From Chrysomallon squamiferum (lineage: Eukaryota > Animalia > Mollusca): DNA of 64,000 bases. This document shows positions 56,143 to 64,000 of the stretch, piece after piece. The stretch lies in assembly GCA_012295275.1 (NCBI GenBank), contig CM022665.1, positions 28,396,001-28,460,000 of the forward strand. Direction: 5' to 3'. Under the pieces are notes generated by a model that was not told the origin of the DNA, searched no databases, and saw nothing but the letters and a program-made list of their open reading frames with translations. The position numbers were made by a program, and so were the translations under genes. Position 1 is the first letter of the stretch; every line of letters begins with the position of its first letter.

Positions 56143-59100
56143 CTGGCAAACAAATATAATAAAATATATAATCTTAGAAGCCTTTTTCATTTTTCTTTTT
56201 AAAAAAACAAACAAAATATATATATATATATATAATTATTTTTATATAATGAAAGATTTTAGATTTTGTTATTTAATGTTATTTAAATAAACAAAATAAA
56301 GACGTCCTAAAATACCAAATTCAGTAATGATTAATAATGAGTGTAAGTAATGAATATTAATATTTTCTTTAAATAATAATTCAACACAGACAACAGATTT
56401 TTACAAATCATGTGGATTTGGAAACTTACAAAAATAAATAATAAAATAATAATAATAATAATACATTTTTAAAAATTTGGCATCACATTTGGCTGATGCA
56501 GCAAATTCTGAATTTAAAAATAATTCATATATATACAAGTAATATATTACAGAGTAAATCCAGAACCAAATTAGAAAAACTGTACTGAAATTTAAGTTAT
56601 TTTTGTTTGCACAACAAAATTCGAGGAAGAAATCAGATTTAATTTTAATAATTAATAGATAAAGTTCTGATTAGTTTTTAAAACATAACAGAAATAAACT
56701 TATTTAGGTGAAATGAAAATTAGTAACAGAATACAAAAAAAAAAAAAATCAGTAGAAGTCTTTCAGAAAAAAAGCCAACATTCTGATTAATTTCTGTATA
56801 ATCAGAGATTACACCCACACCAGAAAAATATTTATAAAGTGACACATTCCTACAGACTGTAACAGATTTGGAATTGAATTATCAATGCCACAGTTAGCAA
56901 ATCTTTGTTCAGAACTGAATACATTAATAAATGAAGTGATTTTTATTACGTTATCTTTTTTTGGATTTCTTAAGCTATCATTTAAATGTAGTTCTGTAAT
57001 TATTTTATTTTATTTTATTTTATTTTCAAGGCACTCTTATTTGAAGATTTACCATATTAAAATCTTTTAATTTTTATTTTAAAAAAAATTATCTTTACCC
57101 TTGAACTGTTGTTTATTACACAAACCCCAAAATCTTTACATAAATGGGAACATATACATTTACACATACATACACACTCAAAACTGAAATACAAAATGAT
57201 ACAAGCAAGCTGCCTCAAAAAACTATTCTGCACTGACAGGTAGGTGGTTAGTACTACTAAGGATTTACGTCAACAGAAAAATAACAAAAAAGTAACTGTG
57301 AAACACTGGTGGACAGACACATACACACACACACACAAACCTAGAGCCGTTCTTACGTTGAGGAGCAGATGACCTCTGCATGAATGAAGGCATTTCTGGA
57401 GGGGGTGGTTCCAGCTCATAGGCTCTACCTCCACGATCAGGCACCTGTCATAAAATTATTTAAATAATGTAAAAAAAAAAATAATAATAATTTTTTTTTA
57501 TATTAGTAATTCAAAATAATTTGAAAGGTTTGAAAAAAAGAAAGAGAAAAAGTAACATTTCATTTCTATATAAATTTAATACAACTTAAATTTTAAAAAA
57601 TAAAAAATAAAAAATAAAAATGAAGGAAAGAAAAGAAAGAGAAAATTTCAGAATAAATTCCAATTTAAAATAATCTAAAGAATTAAACAAAACATTAGTA
57701 AATTACCTTTCCAATTAAAACTTTATTGATGGCACACTTTGTCTTCTCTCTGGCAACACCACTAACAGTTTTCTGGATCTGAATCAGGTCTACAATACAT
57801 TAAGTAAAAACTAGTATTATACTGAAACAGTCTACTGACTAGAGCACCAATGTAATTACTGTTCTGTAATTTTAGTGACCACAACATTGTCATCATAATT
57901 TTGACTTCTGTACCTTGTCAAGTGGTTAAAATTGAATTTTAACAATCTTTGTTGTCTTTTAGAATATTTTCTTCGAGTACAATGTCTGGCTATCATCTAC
58001 TTTCACAATGGTCGAAATTACTGCCATCGGTAGCAACATTCATCTCAGTAAAGAAGAGGTTAATATACTTAAACCAAGCAATACAGGTCTATAATCTTAT
58101 AATTTTCTTTTTTAAAATTAGAAAAAATTAATTTAATAACCTTAAATATTAAAATTGTTTTGAACTATTGTTATACAAGTATTCATTTTATTATATGGAA
58201 TTTTTTTTTCTTCCTTTTTTGCTAAGTAAAAATTCAGTGTTATGATAAACTAGCTAATCAGTTTATTATAAATTATTATCAAAATGTAATGGAATTGCAT
58301 GCATAAATAAAAACATTACAATTATATTTTAATTAACTTTAATCATCTCTCTTTGTATCATTTGTTATAATTGTATTTGTTTTTTTAATAAAGTATGAAA
58401 AGGATTAGATTTTCTAAGCCACAAAATTTTAAACCGTATCTTCCAAAAATATTACATTCCATTTATTTATCAATTAATACAGAATGGTGAAAAATGTCCT
58501 GTTCTGTATCTGTTAAAATAACATACCATCTCTAGCAGATAATATCTGTGGAAGACCGACATTGGTTTTAGCCGTGAGGAGCTTTCTGATTGGCTGGTAA
58601 ACTTCAGCTATCTTGTTTTCATTTTTCTGAAACATGAAAACTAATACCATAACATCTAAAGGAACACAATGTGTGGAATGAATCGGAAATTTTTTAAATG
58701 AAATAACTTTTCTTCACAAACAGGTTTTCTTTTGTTTTCATTGTGTACATTCTGGATTACGAGCAGTATACTGAGACAGTTCGAGACAAATTATATTGAT
58801 TTATCCATTATTTTTATCTGTTCATTGTCTATTCCTTCATTATATAAAACAAGTTATTGATTGTTTTTTGTAGGTATATTTTATTATCATTATTATTTTT
58901 TTATTAATAATGAATCGAAAAAACATTTAAACAATACAATTATTAAAAAAAAAAAATGTTCTGGCTATGAAATAATCACTTCAGTTATCTGCAATCAGTT
59001 CCAACCAATAATGTTATATCAAAGTTTATTCCCAAACTGACACCCAGCCATTCTTGTAATAGGTATACAACTTTCTTACTCTTTTCAGTAACATTTGCCT

Positions 59101-60969
59101 TGTAACACTAACCTTGCCTTGATCTGACCATTTAAAAGATTGTATTGTGACATCAAGTCGTTTGAGCAACATGTCTCTACGAATCTTAAATTCTTCACAA
59201 AGCGCACTGTTGATTTTCAACACATGATCCCACTGTTTGTCAGATAGTCGAGCCTTCAGTAGTGGCTTTCCTATTATATCTGGATGTTTGGCCATTAGTT
59301 CAGTTATCTGAGATGATAGTAACACCAACAATAATAACAACATGATAAATTAAACTTCAAAAGTCCTAATTTAATGTTAATAATGAAAGGTTTTAAAAAT
59401 TTATCTTGAAAAATGCTTAATAAAATTAATGATAAAGGTAATATAAATAAAATTTGATGCGGTTAACACTTAATTATTATTTGTTATTTAATAATAAATA
59501 AATAAAATGTTATAATAAAGATTTAATCATTTAGCCATTCTAATGAAAGTTCTCCAGCTGCCTACTTTTAATGAAGAACTGTAACTATGGTATTCAGGGA
59601 ATTCTTTTAAATTATCTTCCCTTTTTATTTATTTATTTATTTTTTTAAATAATTATCTGTAAACATTATTTTTGTCAGACACAAGAAGGGCATTTATAAA
59701 ATTTAACTAATAAATTAAGCCAAAAAAAAATAGAAATAAAAATGAAAAATGAAAGACAAATATTTAGGAAAGATATTTTTTAAGTATGAACCAAATCAAT
59801 AAGAATAAGGATTCCTCACCTTACTTTCAACTTTACTAAAGAGTTGGAATGGTGTAATGTCTGGTGGTGGTTTAGGAAAGCCAAGAGCTATTAACATTAT
59901 CTTCAGATGTGAAGCTTCATCACTTTCAGCCTGAAATATGTGTGTGTATATGTATATATATATGTATATGTGTATATATATATAGTTTATTTTATTTATT
60001 TATTTTTTTTTTACAAGAAGAAATAAAATTACATCTTTGCCATACAAAAAAAATGTCATAACTTATTATTCATAATTAAGTAGAAAACAATGAAGACAAT
60101 ATCCAGTAAGATCACTCACTACATTTATATTTTTATAATTTTTCTAAAAATGAAAACACAGTATAAAACATAACTGTCAGTCTTTAAGGTTTTTTAAATT
60201 TTATTTATTGTTTTCTGACTTTTTTGGAAGATAACAAAAGAAAAGGCAAATTATGTTAAACACTGAGGTACCTGAGCAGAAACAGATTCTGGTCCAGTGA
60301 CACCTGACTTGAGAAGACCAGGCCGAGTTGCAGCCAACATCCTTACACTGGCCAGTTCAGAACACAGATAATCTGTAATCAAAATTGTTATAACAGTAAA
60401 AAAAATCATGATAAAGAAAAAATAATTAGGTTGATATGATTGACATTTCTGACAGTTTAAACTGAGCCTCATTGTAGATATCATTAATTTACATTTAGTC
60501 TTTTTTCTTTTTTTTTCAATAACAATAAACAACTATAGCTTATATTAAAGATCTGGGTTTTTTTTTTCATTTTTTCTATGACAATAAACAAATTTAGCTT
60601 AGATGAAATTATCTTGCATTATTAGTAACCAATATTATTTAGCTGACATATGTAACAAAACTTGTATTAATAAAACAATGCAAATTATTCTTCTACATGT
60701 CTTATTGTACTATTTTTTTCATCAGACTTCATTTGTTTCGTTGGAATGTACATATTTTTATTATTAAATTTGTTTTAAAACAGTTCATGCTGTTCTTCTA
60801 GAAGTGAATGTGGTCATTTGTTTACATCAGCCTAATATTAAAGATAATGGTAGAAATGCATATACCTAACAAGAGAAGTCTACTTTCCCTGGTATTTAAT
60901 CGTTGAGTTATTGGACCTTCAGTGAGTGAGGGATATGGGCAACCTGAAACAAAATACAAAACTTTATTT

Positions 60970-61009
<40 letters not shown>

Positions 61010-61678
61010 TACAAAAATGGATATTTTTTGTAAGACACCATATGCAATATAATTTAAAATTTAGTGGGTTTTGGTTTTTTTTTATTTTGTAGTTTTTCTT
61101 TTTCATAATACTGCAAAAATGTCAATAAAAGCTATTAACTGATATGCTGAACATGTTTACCTTTAAAAAAAAAATTGTTTTCTAAAATTTTAATTTTCCA
61201 ATTTAGGACAAACATGCAATGGATAAACATGAGGTCTAAATAAAATATATATTAACTAAAAGGTTATTTTTTTAAAACACTATCATAACAAAATACTTAC
61301 CCAGTTCTCGAAGGAAACCACTAACTTCCATAAGAAAGCCAGATGATTCATCAACATCTGAAAGTAAGAAAGTTGTAAAATTATTGAATATAACTAGAGG
61401 TTTATCAGTTTATTTCAACTAAATACTGCCAAAATCTAGTATTAACAAATCAAGGACATATTTTAGTTACAAATACAAAAAAAATCACTTTAACAACAAA
61501 ATAATATAAAGATGATTATCTATTTCTTCTACATCATTAAGGTACAAGTTGTAATATAATTAATTAACAGTCAATTTCACCCATAGATAGTTCAGAACAA
61601 AATGAGAGGTACCCAAAGAAAATACCATGCATGTTGAGTTTCTTTTAGAAAAGGTGTTGGTGAAGTATGATTTAAAAA

Positions 61679-61742
<64 letters not shown>

Positions 61743-61903
61743 TATAAAACATACTCGAAATAGCATTAATATGTTCATCTAATCCACAGAACTGCTTCAG
61801 CTGATGTGAAAGCCATTCCACTAGCTGTGTGTATTCTGGAGATTTTGGACCTCCTTCTACAGCAGCAGAAAGACTTGCTTCATCCAAACCAGAACCAGTG
61901 TAT
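55688..61903 (-). CDS. FAM98A: FAM98A/B homolog (RTCB tRNA-ligase complex subunit family, RGG/GYQ-rich tail); 5'-partial, 10 exons in window
   Basis: Exons (- strand): 61755-61903, 61301-61357, 60866-60943, 60272-60372, 59820-59930, 59113-59307, 58527-58626, 57707-57789, 57357-57444 and 55688-56142. All introns are GT-AG with consistent phases (1417 nt in total). The protein has FAM98 motifs SPEYTQLVEWL, FLMEVSGFLRELGCPY, YLCSELASVRM, ALGFPKPP, RRDMLLKRLDVTIQSFKWS, EKTKCAINKVLIGKVPDRGGR..ELEPPPPEMP and a GGYQ/RGG tail. The first exon (about M..DILD.LEDLG) was not found in the window. Confidence 0.95.
57357..57444 (-). CDS. FAM98A: FAM98 exon (VPDRGGRAYELEPPPPEMPSFMQRSSAPQ)
   Basis: ACAG acceptor and GTAAGA donor; phase 1 matches the terminal exon. 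Confidence 0.9.
57707..57789 (-). CDS. FAM98A: FAM98 exon (DLIQIQKTVSGVAREKTKCAINKVLIGK)
   Basis: GTAG acceptor and GTAATT donor; conserved motif. Confidence 0.92.
58527..58626 (-). CDS. FAM98A: FAM98 exon (KNENKIAEVYQPIRKLLTAKTNVGLPQILSARD)
   Basis: TTTCAG acceptor and GTATGT donor; matches the ..KLAKVYQPKR..LLAARQD segment of the human protein. Confidence 0.92.
59113..59307 (-). CDS. FAM98A: FAM98 exon (ITELMAKHP...RLDVTIQSFKWSDQGK)
   Basis: CTCAG acceptor and GTTAGT donor; the strongest family motif lies here. Confidence 0.95.
59820..59930 (-). CDS. FAM98A: FAM98 exon (AESDEASHLKIMLIALGFPKPPPDITPFQLFSKVESK)
   Basis: TTTCAG acceptor and GTGAGG donor. Confidence 0.92.
60272..60372 (-). 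CDS. FAM98A: FAM98 exon (DYLCSELASVRMLAATRPG...SAQ)
   Basis: TTACAG acceptor and GTACCT donor, phases 1 to 0. Confidence 0.88.
60866..60943 (-). CDS. FAM98A: FAM98 exon (GCPYPSLTEGPITQRLNTRESRLLLL)
   Basis: TTTCAG acceptor and GTATAT donor. Confidence 0.92.
61301..61357 (-). CDS. FAM98A: FAM98 exon (NVDESSGFLMEVSGFLREL)
   Basis: TTTCAG acceptor and GTAAGT donor. Confidence 0.92.
61755..61903 (-). CDS. FAM98A: FAM98 exon 2 (YTGSGLDEASL...SPEYTQLVEWL...HINAIS)
   Basis: CTCTCAG acceptor and GTATGT donor; matches the YKGPLL...SPEFTKLCAWL segment of the human protein. Confidence 0.92.
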
Positions 61904-62539
61904 CTGAGAGAAGGGACAAGCGAAAAATAAAAAATAAAAACATTCATGGATTAATATATTTCTCAGTTTCTTCTTTATAAAAATATTTTAAAAAAATAAA
62001 AAAATAAAATATAAATAAAATTAAAAAGGATATTTAATTGAAATGTAGGACAAAAATTAACATTAGTCTTCACTTGGAAGGTTTACATTTCAGTGTTTAG
62101 GTGCAACAGAATTTTATCTACAACTGGCAACACAGTAGAAAACAATCTTGTTAGAATTGGTCAATTCTTATGTAATTTTTCTTGAAAAACTACATCAGTT
62201 TTTAAACAATTGCTTAAAACAAAAGACAGCCATCAACCAAATATATTTGTTTTATATAAAAGGATGACTTCTATCTACACATTACAAAGACATCAAAGTA
62301 TTTAGAACATTAATTCAGTAAAATTCTGTATCAAAGGAAGGAATAAAAGTAAAATGTGGAAATTAACTATTATGGTTTGCATACATGAATGATTTGCAGT
62401 CTTGAAAAGCATAATTTATGATGTTTTTCAATGTCAGAAGAAAATTTATAATCCTAAAAATAAAAGTAATATGGCTTAAAGTCCAGTGGAATCCAAATAT
62501 GCAAAATTATATCAAGTGCACATTGATGGACATCTATAG

Positions 62540-62880
62540 TTACAGAAATACACCCAAGTCCATATTAATGATGCATTTGGCCTATGTTCATGTTTGAACA
62601 AACCACCAGGATGATTTTTACATTGTCTTCTGGCAATTACTTTCTTACTTTCATCACTATTTCACCATGAAGTAGGGAATTGTAAACGTATACTGTGTAA
62701 ATTGCAGCTGGGGAACTAATCCAATGATTGGAACTGGCATGGATGAACTATATGAATTCCCTTTGTGTTTTTCCATAATTATTCACAGTTTGTAGAATAT
62801 GTGTTTGTAGGCCAAAAAGGGACGGATCGATTTTACTGACAAGTTTGCTAATGTATCCCATGTGTCAATTGGTCAACCAG
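62540..62880 (-). pseudogene. Ulp1/C48 cysteine-protease-like relic, likely transposon-derived, in FAM98 intron 1
   Basis: A single minus frame from 62879 reads WLTN*HMGYISKLVSKIDPSLFGLQTHIL...EFI*FIHASSNHWI...VYVYNSL, then after a frameshift PNAS..DLGVF. This matches the WL.D.H...GLQ...FIQ..H...HW...V.VYDSL...Q.N..DCGVF pattern of transposon-associated Ulp1-like domains. Confidence 0.6.
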
Positions 62881-63459
62881 TTTGAACTGTAGATGTCAAT
62901 ATTCAGAGTTGTTTCTTGTGTGGGATAGAAATGGCTTATACAGCTTTGCCCTTGTTTTTTACAGGAACATCATGATATCAAGCATTTCAGTAAGGTATTT
63001 CACACATCTGGCTTGTTACCTATTCCTCCAATGTCACCTATGTACTTCAGGAGAACACCTTGACATTAGAATCTAAGAGTCCTTCTGGGTACATAAATTA
63101 CAAGACAGTGGGCCTGGTAGCTTGGTGCTGAATGGATTTATATACTGTTATCTTTATTTCTGGAACATTCCAATGCCTATCTGATAGTTCTGCAATAAAC
63201 TAATTGAAATAATAATTCATAAGTAATTTAATTTCATGGTGAGGCAATTATTTAGAAAATGAATTTTTTCTTTCTCTACATTATAAACTGAATTGGGTTT
63301 GCCAATTTAAACTGCATTTTAATTTTAATGTCGGAACATCAACATTAACATGTCAATGATGATGATAAACAGCATAACAGAGATGCAATGTCAAGTATGC
63401 TGTGCATTTTATTGATCTTAACAATGCAAAGTGCAATCTTAAGATCTGCAAATCACAGA

Positions 63460-63515
63460 GTATATGCACCATCCCATAGATAGGAAAGCATATACTATAG
63501 CCTTTGACAAAGCAA
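63460..63515 (+). mobile_element. SINE-like repeat fragment (same family as 7715-7866)
   Basis: TATATGCACCATCCCATAGATAGGAAAGCATATACTATAGCCTTTGA corresponds to the CCACAGACAGGAAG..CATAT...TTTGA segment of the other copies. Confidence 0.5.
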
Positions 63516-63941
63516 TCAAGGGACTGACTTTTTTTTTGGGGGGGGGGGAAAGAAGTAATTTGTATTTCATACATTTTATCACCTTTTGATTTGTAAGAAA
63601 TAAATCTTTAGTGAAAACACTGTACTTCAATTATTATATGTGGCATGAAGCACTATTATATAGTAGTAAATATAATATGATGGTTTAAATCTAGTAAATA
63701 CTAATAAATATTAATTAATATTTGAAATATTGTGTTTTACAGTACACCTGTGTTAAAACTATTTCACGTTACTGGTTAATTATAATGTTTTATAATAGCG
63801 TGGAAAACTGTAATTCGATTATAATCTGATCATATCATTAAAATTTATCACAGAGTTGGAATAATCATAACCGTCACGATTATACTGTAATAAAAATATA
63901 AAGATTTCTGCTGCTGAAAGCACTAGGATATCTGACATCGT

Positions 63942-63986
<45 letters not shown>

Positions 63987-64000
63987 TATAGATATAGATA

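Noticed and set aside
55666-56290. Overlapping 182-aa (-) and 176-aa (+) ORFs over the FAM98 last exon
   Set aside because: They are shadow frames of a G-rich repetitive exon. Splice phase and homology support only the Gly-rich frame.
62546-62565. ATGGACTTGGGT (MDLG) as FAM98 exon 1
   Set aside because: The donor phase does not match exon 2 (GG/GT is needed), there is no upstream DILD.LE homology, and it lies in the Ulp1-like relic.

Overview
AT-rich, microsatellite-dense animal genomic DNA. It is probably a mollusc, because an interspersed SINE-like repeat resembles one I recall from gastropod genomes; this is not verified. Three protein-coding genes are supported: (1) an orphan class A GPCR with an intronless CDS (26579-27688, +) and an unusual KPxxL in place of NPxxY; (2) an intronless PPP1R27-like RVxF plus ankyrin-repeat PP1 regulator (35037-35597, +); (3) FAM98A/B (- strand), with 10 coding exons resolved at 55688-61903 and the first exon apparently beyond the window end. 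Decayed mobile DNA that the ORF track misses includes an RTE-type LINE 3' fragment, a MULE transposase fragment with subterminal-like repeats, a pogo/Tigger-like MITE, SINE-like pieces and an Ulp1/C48 protease-like relic in FAM98 intron 1. There are also several minisatellites and a 600-bp foldback. Almost all other ORFs in the track are microsatellite artefacts. I found no unambiguous new biological system. The best leads are the atypical GPCR, the possibly PKA-switchable PP1 regulator, dispersed RFX X-box/Forkhead motifs around them, the phased AGGTCA minisatellite and the foldback.
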